Shown piece after piece: positions 1-10,342 of a DNA stretch of 64,000 nucleotides. Position 1 is the stretch's first letter. Every line of letters starts with the position of its first letter. The notes beneath the pieces were generated by a model. The model was not told the origin of the DNA and did not search any database. It was given only the letters and a program-made list of their open reading frames with translations. Source of the stretch: Candidatus Latescibacterota bacterium. Its GTDB lineage: Bacteria > Latescibacterota > CBDEFO01. A program made the translations under genes and the position numbers. The DNA lies in assembly GCA_965237525.1 (NCBI GenBank), contig CBDEFO010000008.1, forward strand, positions 1,344,001 through 1,408,000. Reading direction: 5' to 3'.

Positions 1-1672
1 ACTGCGTCAAGCGTCGCACTCCGAGGACCCAGTGGGCCCGCACCGTCCGGATCCGAGTTCCTCACCGTCACATCGTAAGTCCCCTGAGCCACTGTCCCTG
101 CTACCGTCGCTCTTAAAGTGGTAGAATTAACAAACGTAACGGCCAGCGCGATCTCGCCAGTAGCATCAGATACGATAGATACCGCAATGGGATTCGGCGT
201 ATTGAAGAAATTAGAACCCGTGATAGTCACAACGTTATCTATCCCCGCAGGCACAGTGCTCGGATCGACAGCGTCTATTCCTGGGGCGGGACGATCAATT
301 GTCAACTGGGGCAGCGGCGCCAGGGCGCTCTGTTCATCGGGGTTTGTCACCTGGACATCGAAGAGACCTATTGGAAATCCTGCCCGAATGGTAATCCTTA
401 GCTGATTCGCACTTACAAACTCGACTGGCGGGAACAGGCCATCTAGCCCCACGACGGGGAGCGCCCCGTCCTGTACGAAGAACTCAGCTCCGTTGACGGT
501 CACAACATTCTCCACATCGTTGTCTATTCTGCTCGGAATCAGACTTGTGACAGACGGACGAGGAGCCACCACAACTACAGTCTTAGTCTCCGTATCGAAT
601 AGTCCCGGCGGCGTCGGACCTGTCACCCTCAGAGTTACCTGGTAAACCCCTGGAAGTGCGTACGTGTGATTAACGTTCTCAACTGTAGCGCTCCCTCCGT
701 CCCCGAAGTTCCACTCGAAAAATTGGGCAAGTCCCGATGAACGGTTCCTGAGCCTTACTGTTCTGGAGCCGGTTACAAGAGTCGCAGTGAAATTCGCTAC
801 TGGCGCTTCCTTGACGCGCACCACGGTAAAGAGGCCATTGGCCGCATCCGCATCCAAAAATTTCTCTTCACCCTGTTCGTCTGATATTATCAAGTTGCCT
901 ATCGTCAAAGGTGAAGAAAAGCCCAAGATCGAGTCCGGATCGGCCACCGCCTTCACCCTGAACAGCAGATTAAATACGGGGCTTATACCCTTAGTATCGG
1001 GAGCTATAGCCCTGCCTGGGCTCCCTCTTACCGCTACGACCCGCACTACATCGGGCTGACCCGGTAGAGTATCCCCTGCAGCCTGTACCAGCCCTGTACT
1101 CCTGGTCGTCTGTTCGACCCCCACGAATTCCAGCAGACTATTGTCGAAACCCACATCGAACTGAACCCCGCCTAAGGGATCGACATTTATCAAGATCACA
1201 GGAGCAGAACCCGGCTGTCCCACAGCCGCCTGACCCTGACCGATGCCAAGGCCCAGGGTCACCACAGAGAAAGTGCCTGGCTCTGTAGCTGAAGGAATCG
1301 ACTCACCTCTCAGATCGGACAACTCGTTAGTTTCTATGGACAAACTTTTGTTTCCTGCTGACGCACCCTCTTTTGCTTTGAACCTTATAGACATTATAGG
1401 TCCTCTACCTGCCGGCAGAACTTTCCTTGCTCCTGCTAAAGTACTTGTAGTAAGATCAACAAACACAACCCTTATAGTATTAGCCGCAATCAACTCCGCC
1501 TTCATGGCAGGCGATTGAGTCTCCATCCTCAGATCGATCGTTGAGAAAGGTACAGGATCTCCCACCGATATAGAAAGACCTCTATCGGTTACAGGCTCAA
1601 GTTGGGTACTATCAAATACCACATCAAACTGAAACGCCGCAATAGTTGCATTGATAGTTGTTGTATCGTTAG
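1..1672 (-). pseudogene. 5'-truncated secreted scaffoldin-like protein: 2 cohesin-like domains + PKD + IPT/TIG repeats (runs off window)
   Basis: Not in the ORF track. Manual translation of the minus strand is open from the IS end to base 1: IAAFQFDVVFDST and LGGVQFDVGFDNS (cohesin-like), FEWNFGDG...HTYALPGVYQVTLRV (PKD), VTITGSNF...YDVTVRN (IPT/TIG). There is no start codon at the IS junction. Confidence 0.75.
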
Positions 1673-3191
1673 AAGCCTTGTGAAATAGTTATGTCCCAGG
1701 CAGCGTCTGAAGCGCCGATTATGGGTCAAAGAGTAGCATATCGTATCGTTTTGCTGTGGAATAAGCAAAATAGTCTTATCAGAGTTCTGGTCAGCAAGGA
1801 ACAGGAGCTGTTTGAAGAACAGGATGCACTGTCTTTGACAGACAGGGCACACATAGACGCTTTCCCCCTTCTTATGAAAGATACAAGCCTCTTGAGATTC
1901 TGTACTGTTGCAACAAGATTCAACTGTTCATTCAGTGAGGCTGGTCCTCTATAACGGGCTCGTCCCATACCGTGTTGTTGCCTGGCTTCAGCAAAGATAT
2001 GTTCACTGCGTTTACGGAGTCTCCGGGAGAGTTTGTAGTCAGCTGTTAATGAGATAGACCGTGCATGATTTCTGGCTTTCGCCTCTCGCACTTTTCTATC
2101 CCGTTCGGCCTGAATATGTGCTGGATTTGTCTTGTTTTTCCATGTAGGAATCGGTTCAATCTTCTCATCGGCTCGCAGAGGAATATGGGGTATGATTCCC
2201 CGGTCAAGTACATCAGCGATAAAATTACCAGAACCGTAACCGGTATCGGCACTAAGTGTCTGAATGTCTTTGGGCATGGTGTATGTTTCAAGGTCATCTA
2301 CCATCTTAAGGGCACTTTCGGGCTCTGCTGTCCCTGTCGCCTGCGTGCCCTGAGTCTCAAGGATTACTCTGCTTTTTGTGTCGATCAGATCATGGCCCAT
2401 AAACGAGAGAAAAGCCCCTTTGCCCTTCGATTTGCTGTATAAGCGCGCGTCGGGGTCTGTAGTCGAACGGTGTGTTTGGTTCGTCCACTTTTCACCATGA
2501 AAGTCTTTATCCTGAGGATGCCCGGACCTACCCTTTGTCTTATCACCTTCAAAACCGATTCCCTTGAGATAATCATCAAGAGAAACAGGGGGTTCTATCG
2601 GCTCAATACTTTTCACTGAAGCATCAGCTTGTATCTGAGTGCCGTCGACACTAAGGTGTTTACCGCTCACAAGACCGACATCTATGCAACACTGGACTAC
2701 CTGACGCATTATCCGTTCAAACAACCCACTGGATGCCCACTTGTGATTGCGAAGCTTGTTGATCGTGCTCCTATCCGGAACCGCATCATCAAATGTCTGA
2801 TGACAAAACAACCGATATGCCGCATGCATCCCCACTTCCTGACAGAGCCGATTCTCACTCAAATTATACAGATAGCCAATAAGGATCATTCGAACAACTA
2901 ATTCAGGATCAATACCGGGTCTGCCATTGTCAGGGCAATAACAATCTGATACAACGTCTCGTACAAATGAAAAATCAACTGCCTCATCAATCTGACGAAG
3001 GATATGATCCTCGGGAACTAAATCCTCCATCTGAAAATAGTGAAATATCGGACTTGTCTGTTCCTGCTTTTGTGGGGTCATTGTTTCCTCCATGTATAAT
3101 ATTATCAATAACATAATATAATACATCGGAGCTGCTTTATCAATGCTTGTTCTATACTGCTTTCTGAATCTAAGGGTTTTTCACAAGGCTT
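1673..3191 (-). mobile_element. IS1182-family insertion sequence, copy 1 (1519 bp)
   Basis: 13-bp terminal inverted repeats AAGCCTTGTGAAA/TTTCACAAGGCTT; near-identical to 61106..62624; flanks TTAG/CTAA are not a direct repeat. Confidence 0.9.
1726..3081 (-). CDS. IS1182-family DDE transposase
   Basis: N-terminal LVPEDHILR..GRPGIDP (DUF772-like), VDGTQIQADAS, STTDPDA, ADTGY, EHIFAE; ATG at 3081 has a GGAGG RBS. Confidence 0.9.
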   Translation of the reverse strand: MTPQKQEQTSPIFHYFQMEDLVPEDHILRQIDEAVDFSFVRDVVSDCYCPDNGRPGIDPELVVRMILIGYLYNLSENRLCQEVGMHAAYRLFCHQTFDDAVPDRSTINKLRNHKWASSGLFERIMRQVVQCCIDVGLVSGKHLSVDGTQIQADASVKSIEPIEPPVSLDDYLKGIGFEGDKTKGRSGHPQDKDFHGEKWTNQTHRSTTDPDARLYSKSKGKGAFLSFMGHDLIDTKSRVILETQGTQATGTAEPESALKMVDDLETYTMPKDIQTLSADTGYGSGNFIADVLDRGIIPHIPLRADEKIEPIPTWKNKTNPAHIQAERDRKVREAKARNHARSISLTADYKLSRRLRKRSEHIFAEARQQHGMGRARYRGPASLNEQLNLVATVQNLKRLVSFIRRGKASMCALSVKDSASCSSNSSCSLLTRTLIRLFCLFHSKTIRYATL

Positions 3192-5042
3192 CTAATGCAA
3201 GGTTAGACACTGGCGACCGTCAGGAGAACATTGAATTTGGTGTCGATGCTGACCACAGCGGAGGACAGTACATGAACCTGGGTTCAGTCGACCTGGATCC
3301 GGCCAGGTGGGACGGATCTCAAGGTCAGACCTATCGCTATTATCTGAACAGAGAGGATCCGCTCTGGCATTGGGGATCGGCCACGTGGGCAGATAAGCCT
3401 CCTTATACCGACATCGGCTGGAGTTTTGATGGCACTGTAGGTGGGGAAGGCAACCAGACTGTAGAGTTAGCCGTCACCCCTTTTGACGACCTAAATTCTG
3501 ACGGTATTGATGTGAGCGTGGTACACACCCTTGTAGAGGGAGAGATCGTGGGAATCGGCTTTGCCGTTAAGGACAGTGACGATCCCAATGATCGTGGCTA
3601 CGACGGAGGCTGGTGGACGAACAGTCACGCCGCAGAGATCTACTTCAATGCAGACGCATTCACTGATTACATCCTGATGCCTTTTGAGCCGGAAATCTGG
3701 GTATCTACAGCCATTTCTCCTTCCATGGATACAATATCAGTTAGTCTCCCGGACACATTCATCTTTATCGGCCAAACGCGTTCCGTCCCTATTACTATAG
3801 AAGAGGACGTGACAGGACGTGGAATCATCTCAGCACAGATGAATATCAGTTACGATTCGAATGTAATAGCGGCAATAGATTTAATATCGCAAGGGACACT
3901 GAGCCAGGGTTGGTCGATAGAAGATACAGTAACAACTGGCATTGGAACATCTATAGACACTGTAAAGGTTGCGATGGCGGCTCCGGGGCCTGACACACTA
4001 TCAGGGTCTGGAGATCTTGTCCTAATCAATTTTGCAGTCTCAGATTCAGCGGCCATAGGTGATTTTACATCGGTGCTCTTTGAGAAATTCTTCTTCAATG
4101 AGCGCGATCCTGTGGCAACTACACGTAATGGATCTGTGCAAATTCTCGAAAGATTGTTCGGGGATGTCAGCGGCAGCAGAGAGGTAACGGCGTTTGATGC
4201 AGCTTTGCTGCTTAAATCTACAGTCGGTCTTTTTGCAATCTCTGACACTGTGACAGCGGACGTAAGTGGAGATGGAACTATAAGTGCCTTTGATGCCTCT
4301 TTCATACTCAGGTTCGTTGTCGGGATAATAACCCAATTTCCTGCTCAGACAGGAGGTATCTCATAAGGTCGTACTTGCCGAAAGGAATATCAGTATAGGT
4401 GATGTAGAGGATTTGTCTGATGGACGTTTTGCCGTTCCTATTCTCATAGACGAAATGGATGGTATCCTATCAGGTCAGCTTGAACTATCCTTCGATTCCA
4501 CCAAGCTTAAACCCCTAGATGCCACTACATCCGACTTGACTTCTGATTATCTTTTTGCCCATAATGCTCAAGATGGCAGAATAAGGCTATCCTTTGCCGG
4601 TGCAGAATCGGTTAACGGCAGTGGCAGGATTGCAGAGATCATATTTGAGCCTATAGGTTTGGAAATTGAGGCCATTAGTGAGATAGATCTGATCTCCGCT
4701 CAATTGAACGAAGGTCTTTTCGGTGTGATTATTTCCCCACCTGGAGGCATTTCCGACGTTCCTGCTAGCTATGCACTGCATCAAAACTTCCCCAATCCGT
4801 TCAATCCCGAGACGGTGATCTATTATGACCTTGCTATTCGAAGCTACGTTAGCATATCTGTATTCAATCAAATGGGACAGAAGGTTGCAACATTGCTGGA
4901 TAAGGAGATGTACGCAGGCAGTTACTTTGCAGTGTGGAATGGAGAAGATGACAACGGAGAAAGTCTTGCCAGCGGAGTGTACCTCTATCGTATGGAGACA
5001 GAGGGATTTGTTCAGACGAGGAAGCTGGTCTTGATGAGATAG
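3192..5042 (+). pseudogene. 5'-truncated, frameshifted secreted protein: DOMON/CBM9-like region + cohesin + dockerin + cohesin + FlgD-Ig/T9SS-type C-terminal domain
   Basis: ORFs 3143..4366 (start lies inside the IS) and 4413..5042. Alignment to paralog 5143..6858 shows one extra base at ~4363 (GGTATCTCATAAG vs GGTATAGCTAAG). Dockerin motif GDVSGSREVTAFDAALLL; CTD motif LHQNFPNPFNPET. Confidence 0.75.
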
Positions 5043-5048
5043 GTTTCT
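4163..5048 (+). repeat. ~0.9 kb dockerin-cohesin-CTD cassette, duplicated at ~5980..6864
   Basis: Long stretches of identical DNA are visible between the two regions through the stop codon. Confidence 0.9.
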
Positions 5049-5142
5049 TTCCATTATTGTCAAGGAATGATTTGATAGTGAAGTGAGATTTTGTAAATAA
5101 AGAGTGTATATCTCTTACGTTTCTCTAAAAAGGATGCACAAG

Positions 5143-6858
5143 ATGAGAAAGACATCAGCAGGTCTTTTGGTTCTCACTGTTCTGGCAGCCCTATCTGCAT
5201 CTGTCGCCGTCGCCGAGCTTGTAGGAGATTTCAACGGTAACAATGAAGTAGGTCTATCTGATTTTGCCCATTTTCTGGATTCATTCGGGACAACGACTAG
5301 TTCAACTAATTGGGATCCTGCACTTGATTTTAACAGTGATGGGGAGATCGGTCTGTCTGACTTCGCAATCTTCTTGAACAACTTCGGGAAGAGGGACCTC
5401 ACAGGTTCTGGTGTGAGTGCTGCGAGTATTGCTCCACTCGGGCAGAATGCGGGGACTACCATAGTTTTGGATCTTGATGCCGCAACTGCAGGTAATCAGG
5501 CCAAGGATCTTCAGCACAATGTCGGACCGAATGAGGCTATTGACATAGCGGTTTATGTCACAGGTGCTCAGAACCTGAAGGCATATCAGGTAGACCTCAT
5601 GTTCGACACCACCAAGGTTGCCTGGAATCGTTTTCTTACAGGAGCTACCTTCTCCATCGCGGAACCGAACTTTATGAAGTCAGCTGGAGGTGAATTTGTT
5701 TTTGGGGCCCTTCTTAACGTAGGTCAACCAGACGTAGTCACAATACTGAGCGGAATTATCAGCGCGACAGAAGCAAACGCGCCTGAGGGGGATGGCCTTA
5801 TAGGTGTAATCAGTTTTACGACACTGGCAGGATTTACCACAAACGATCAGGCGATCTTCACAGTCGTGTTCTTTGAGTTTTCAGATACGAATAATGAATT
5901 GGACACATTTCCCTCACCTTCAGTTAAGGTACACCCTGGTATACAGGCTTTCCTGTGGTATAATGTGAAACCTGTAGGAGATGTCAGTGGCAGCGGAGAG
6001 GTAACGGCGTTTGATGCAGCTTTGCTGCTTAAATCCACAGTCGGTCTCTTCGTAATCTCCGATACTGTGGCAGCGGATGTCAGCGGAGATAGCACCATAA
6101 GTGCCTTTGATGCCTCTTTGATACTCAGGTTCGTTATTGGAAAAATAACCCAATTCCCTGCCGAGACAGGAGGTATAGCTAAGGTTGTACTTGGCGAAAG
6201 GATTATCAGTTTAGGTGACATAAAAGCTTTACAGGATGGACGTTTTGCCATTCCTATTCTCATAGATGAAATGGACGGTCTCCTATCAGGTCAACTTGAA
6301 CTATCTTTCGACCCGACAAAGGTTAAAGCCGTAGATGCTATGACATCCGACCTGACTTCTGACTATCTTTTCGCCCATAATGCTCAAGATGGCAGACTAA
6401 GGCTTTCATTTGCCGGTGTAGAATCGGTTAACGGCAGTGGCAGGATTGCAGAGATCATATTTGAGCCAATAGGTTCTGAAATTAAGGCCATTCGTGAGGT
6501 TGATCTGATCTCCGCTCAATTGAATGAAGGTCTTTTCACTGTGATTATTTCCCAACCTGGAGGCATTTCCGACGTTCCTGCCACCTATGCACTGCATCAA
6601 AACTTCCCCAATCCATTCAACCCAGAGACGGTAATCTATTATGACCTTGCTATTCGAAGCTACGTTAGCATATCTGTATTCAATCTGATGGGACAGAAGG
6701 TTGCGACATTGATAGATAAACAGATGGACACAGGCAGTCACTCTGCAGTGTGGAATGGAGAAGATGACAACCAAAATAGTCTTGCCAGTGGAGTCTATCT
6801 CTACCGGATGGAAGTTGATGGATTTGTACAGACGAGGAGGCTGGTCTTGATGCGGTAG
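5143..6858 (+). CDS. Secreted protein: signal peptide, EF-hand/dockerin-like pair, cohesin-like, dockerin, cohesin, FlgD-Ig/T9SS-type CTD
   Basis: MRKTSAGLLVLTVLAALSASVAVA signal; GDFNGNNEVGLSDF and DFNSDGEIGLSDF; GDVSGSGEVTAFDA; NFPNPFNPET...LASGVYLYRM. Confidence 0.8.
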   Translation: MRKTSAGLLVLTVLAALSASVAVAELVGDFNGNNEVGLSDFAHFLDSFGTTTSSTNWDPALDFNSDGEIGLSDFAIFLNNFGKRDLTGSGVSAASIAPLGQNAGTTIVLDLDAATAGNQAKDLQHNVGPNEAIDIAVYVTGAQNLKAYQVDLMFDTTKVAWNRFLTGATFSIAEPNFMKSAGGEFVFGALLNVGQPDVVTILSGIISATEANAPEGDGLIGVISFTTLAGFTTNDQAIFTVVFFEFSDTNNELDTFPSPSVKVHPGIQAFLWYNVKPVGDVSGSGEVTAFDAALLLKSTVGLFVISDTVAADVSGDSTISAFDASLILRFVIGKITQFPAETGGIAKVVLGERIISLGDIKALQDGRFAIPILIDEMDGLLSGQLELSFDPTKVKAVDAMTSDLTSDYLFAHNAQDGRLRLSFAGVESVNGSGRIAEIIFEPIGSEIKAIREVDLISAQLNEGLFTVIISQPGGISDVPATYALHQNFPNPFNPETVIYYDLAIRSYVSISVFNLMGQKVATLIDKQMDTGSHSAVWNGEDDNQNSLASGVYLYRMEVDGFVQTRRLVLMR

Positions 6859-6899
6859 GTTTCTAGACCCTTTTGTGCACCGTACAAGACTGAACGCAT

Positions 6900-6929
6900 A
6901 GCCCGTTAGGAATAACGGGCTTTCTTCTT
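6900..6929 (+). terminator. Intrinsic terminator
   Basis: AGCCCGTT-aggaat-AACGGGCT hairpin followed by a T-rich tract. Confidence 0.65.
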
Positions 6930-6984
6930 GATCATTTACAGTGCTATCAACTTTAGGCGCAGTAGGTGTCTACAACGAATTTCG

Positions 6985-7058
6985 CACGCCCGGCAGGACT
7001 CGAACCTGCAACCCCAAGCTTAGAAGGCTTGTGCTCTATCCAGTTGAGCTACGGGCGC
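6985..7058 (-). tRNA. tRNA-Arg (TCT)
   Basis: Reverse complement GCGCCCGTAGCTCAACTGGATAGAGC-CAAGC ct TCT aa GCTTG-GGTTCGAGTCC; CCA not encoded. Confidence 0.95.
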
Positions 7059-7096
7059 CTGTGTTAGGTAGGAAGCAAATGGTAGACAGAGGAAGA

Positions 7097-7173
7097 TGGT
7101 CGGGGTGAGAGGATTTGAACCTCCGACCTTCCGGCCCCAAACCGGATGCGCTACCGGACTGCGCCACACCCCG
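7097..7173 (-). tRNA. tRNA-Pro (TGG)
   Basis: Reverse complement CGGGGTGTGGCGCAG...TCCGG tt TGG gg CCGGA...GGTTCAAATCC...CCCCGACCA. Confidence 0.95.
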
Positions 7174-7507
7174 CAGTTTCAATCCAGCTTTTAATGGATA
7201 GTCTATCTAAAAATAGTAAAGTCCCCCCAAAATGTCAAACGGAATTTGACTCGTGGGAGAATCAAGACGCAGAAGGTAGTAAATTGTCAACTTTTTGTCT
7301 TTTTTGTGCTGAATAGTTATTGACTTTTTTGCAGGAGTTGCCTATATAAAAATTAGGAGTAGAATAAAGAGTGACTGCGCTTACCAATTAGGAAAAGAAA
7401 TTCCGAAAATATATTTGACTTTTTGTTCCCTATAATTATATTTTCAATCTCCTATGAGAAGGCTCTAAGGCAGAGATTGACATCACATAAATTCCAGGAG
7501 ACGTCCT

Positions 7508-7987
7508 ATGGGATTAGAGGTTAATTTAGCGGAAAAGGTGTTTCTCTCAAGGGTGGATAAAGTAGTAAATTGGGCAAGGAAGAATTCACTGTGGCCGATG
7601 CCCTTCGGGACCGCATGCTGCGCTATAGAGATGATGGCTACTTTGGCATCCAGGTACGATCTTGCGCGTTTTGGGGCTGAGGCTATAAGGTTTTCACCTC
7701 GTCAGTCCGATCTTATGATTGTATCGGGGCGGATATCCTTAAAGATGATGCCTATCCTGAAAAAGATCTACGATCAGATGCCCGAACCTAAGTGGGTAAT
7801 TTCGATGGGCGCATGCGCTTCTTCAGGCGGCGTGTTCGACACTTACACTCTGGTTCAGGGAGTGGATCAGTTTATGCCTGTAGATGTCTATATACCGGGG
7901 TGTCCCCCTCGTCCCGAGGATCTGATAGACGCTATTATGGCGATTCAGAATAAGGTGGATACCGACAGCGTAGTTGAGAAAGCTTGA
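7508..7987 (+). CDS. nuoB: NADH-quinone oxidoreductase subunit B
   Basis: [39 protein letters not shown]. Confidence 0.95.
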   Translation: MGLEVNLAEKVFLSRVDKVVNWARKNSLWPMPFGTACCAIEMMATLASRYDLARFGAEAIRFSPRQSDLMIVSGRISLKMMPILKKIYDQMPEPKWVISMGACASSGGVFDTYTLVQGVDQFMPVDVYIPGCPPRPEDLIDAIMAIQNKVDTDSVVEKA

Positions 7988-8077
7988 TTTTGGACCTTTG
8001 AACAAGTAGATAGTAAACTGAATACGGGGATGCGAGGGAGTTGTGCCCTGACTAATATACACTTGAATTGGGGTGTT

Positions 8078-9688
8078 ATGGCTACTTTTGTGATAAATGG
8101 TATTGAAGCGACAGTCGAAGATGGGCTTAATCTGGTAGATGCCGCGTTAGAATTAGGCATCGAGATTCCTCACTTCTGTTATCATCCGGGGCTATCTGTA
8201 GCAGGGAATTGCAGAATGTGTTATGTGCAAGTGGAAATTAACGGAAGGAAGGGACTCCAGATTGCCTGCAATATGCGTGCGGCTGATGGTATGATTGTGG
8301 AGACTCAATCCGAGGAGGTACTGGAAGTCAGGAAAGACGTCCTGGAGTTTCTCCTGATCAACCATCCTTTGGACTGTCCTGTGTGCGACAAGGCGGGAGA
8401 ATGTGATCTTCAGGATTACAGCTTTGAACACGGCCACGGCGAGAGCAGATTTGTTGAGCCCAAGGTGGTAAAGCTCAAGAAAGAGCTCGGATCAAATATA
8501 CTTTTGTACCCTCAAAGGTGTGTGTTGTGCACGAGGTGTATAAGGTTCTGCGATGAGATTGCTGGTACAGGGGAGTTGGGGCTTGTGGACATAGGAGTAA
8601 AGTCCGAAATAGATGTCTTTCCGGGCGTACAGTTGGAAAACAGGCTGGCGGGAAATGTAGTTGACATCTGCCCTGTGGGAGCCCTGATAGACAAGAATTT
8701 CCTGTTTCAATCCAGAGTGTGGTATCTAAGGGAGCACGAGAGCATCTGCCCGGGATGCAGCACAGGATGCAACGTCACTTTGGACGTGCATCCCCAGGAG
8801 GGACGCATCTACCGGATAAAGCCGAGGCACAACCCCAAGGTCAACGATTATTGGATGTGCGACGACGGCAGACACGGATGCGGATACGTGGGGCATTCTA
8901 AACGGTTGAAATCTCCTATGATAAAAACAGACGGACAGTCAGATATCACGAGCTGGAGCAGCGCTATTTCTGCTTGCGTGAAGGGGATTTCGACGATTGT
9001 GGAGAAATACGACAGCAGTAGCTTTGTGTGCCTCGTCCAAGGACACGCCACAAATGAGGAGATCTACGGACTCGCTAAGGTCTTACGGTCGTTGAACGTG
9101 GCAAAGGGAGCCGTAATCGGAAGGACAAGCGATGAGGGAGATGTGTCTTTTGCCTCTGGATTTACCATCAGGGCACAAAAGAGTGCAAACTCAAGAGGAG
9201 CTGAGGACATGTTGAAAGGCTCCGGTATGGAGGTTGTGGAGCCGGAGATTATCTGGGAAAGTGTGAAAGTTAAACAGGTTAAGGGAATGTATGTCCTGGG
9301 CGGAGGGCCTGAGTTAAGCATAGACGAAGAGCAAGTCAAACTACTCAAGGAACTCGAATTTCTGATTGTTCAGGACATATTATCGTCGGATGTGACCTCA
9401 ACTGCAGATGTGGTCCTATCTGGGGCGTCTTTTGCAGAGAAAGACGGAACTTTCACAAATTTCAACGGACATGTTCAGAGGATAAGACAGGCTATTCTAC
9501 CTCCGGGGAATGCAAAGGTAGATATCCAGATTATACGTGATATGGCAGACAAGGCGGATGTCGTGTTAGAGTTCTATTCGCCCAGGGAGGCTATGGACGA
9601 AATATCCAGAAAAATTAAGGGATATGACGGGTTATCGTACGACAAGATAGGATCAAAAGGGGGTTCAATCTTAACTGAAAATAGCTAA
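8078..9688 (+). CDS. nuoG: NADH-quinone oxidoreductase subunit G-like (short form)
   Basis: IPHFCYHPGLSVAGNCRMC, NHPLDCPVCDKAGECDLQD, CVLCTRCIRFC, ICPGCSTGC, AEKDGTFTN. Confidence 0.85.
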   Translation: MATFVINGIEATVEDGLNLVDAALELGIEIPHFCYHPGLSVAGNCRMCYVQVEINGRKGLQIACNMRAADGMIVETQSEEVLEVRKDVLEFLLINHPLDCPVCDKAGECDLQDYSFEHGHGESRFVEPKVVKLKKELGSNILLYPQRCVLCTRCIRFCDEIAGTGELGLVDIGVKSEIDVFPGVQLENRLAGNVVDICPVGALIDKNFLFQSRVWYLREHESICPGCSTGCNVTLDVHPQEGRIYRIKPRHNPKVNDYWMCDDGRHGCGYVGHSKRLKSPMIKTDGQSDITSWSSAISACVKGISTIVEKYDSSSFVCLVQGHATNEEIYGLAKVLRSLNVAKGAVIGRTSDEGDVSFASGFTIRAQKSANSRGAEDMLKGSGMEVVEPEIIWESVKVKQVKGMYVLGGGPELSIDEEQVKLLKELEFLIVQDILSSDVTSTADVVLSGASFAEKDGTFTNFNGHVQRIRQAILPPGNAKVDIQIIRDMADKADVVLEFYSPREAMDEISRKIKGYDGLSYDKIGSKGGSILTENS

Positions 9689-9747
9689 ATACCCGTGTTT
9701 GAATTTGATGAATCCTTAGATTATTCCAAAACAGAGGGAGTCAATAG

Positions 9748-9981
9748 ATGACCTACATAATAGCTGAGCCCTGCATCGGTGTAAAAGATACCGCCTGCGT
9801 TGATGTATGCCCTGTCGACTGCATATATGAGGGTGAGGATATGCTTTATATACACCCTGTTTAGTGCATAGATTGCGGGGCTTGCGAGCCAGAATACCCA
9901 GTAGAGGCGATCTTTGAGGAATCGGACGTACCTGACGAATGGCAGTCCTATATACAAAAGAACGCCGACTTTTTCGCGTGA
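9748..9981 (+). pseudogene. 7Fe (FdxA-type) ferredoxin with internal stop
   Basis: [55 protein letters not shown]...; TAG at 9862-9864 and the last cluster Cys is replaced by Tyr. Confidence 0.85.
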
Positions 9982-10024
9982 TAAGGTTTGGTAAAATTGG
10001 ACAGCTTACAGGGAGGGTCTATCT

Positions 10025-10333
10025 ATGCCCCAATTCGTCAAGGTAGCAGCAGTGAATGACGTTCAACCCGGCACTGGGACTGTAGTGGAGGTAAATGGAA
10101 AGGAGATAGCTCTGTTTAACGCGAATGGGAATTTCTATGCAATAGGGAATACGTGCGTGCACAGGGGCGGTCCCCTGGGAGAGGGGACACTTGAGGGAAA
10201 CATAGTCACCTGTCCCTGGCACGGGTGGACTTACAATGTGGAGACAGGGATCTCGGAGACATCGCCAGATGCGTGTGTGTCCACGTACCAGGTGAATGTT
10301 GAAGGATCAGACGTAAAGGTATCTCTTGAGTAA
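10025..10333 (+). CDS. Rieske [2Fe-2S] ferredoxin
   Basis: CVHRGGPL...CPWHGW. Confidence 0.9.
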   Translation: MPQFVKVAAVNDVQPGTGTVVEVNGKEIALFNANGNFYAIGNTCVHRGGPLGEGTLEGNIVTCPWHGWTYNVETGISETSPDACVSTYQVNVEGSDVKVSLE

Positions 10334-10342
10334 AAATCTACT

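Noticed and set aside
4163..6864. Diversity-generating retroelement template/variable repeat pair
   Set aside because: The differences are not adenine-specific, the repeat is ~0.9 kb, and no reverse transcriptase is present.
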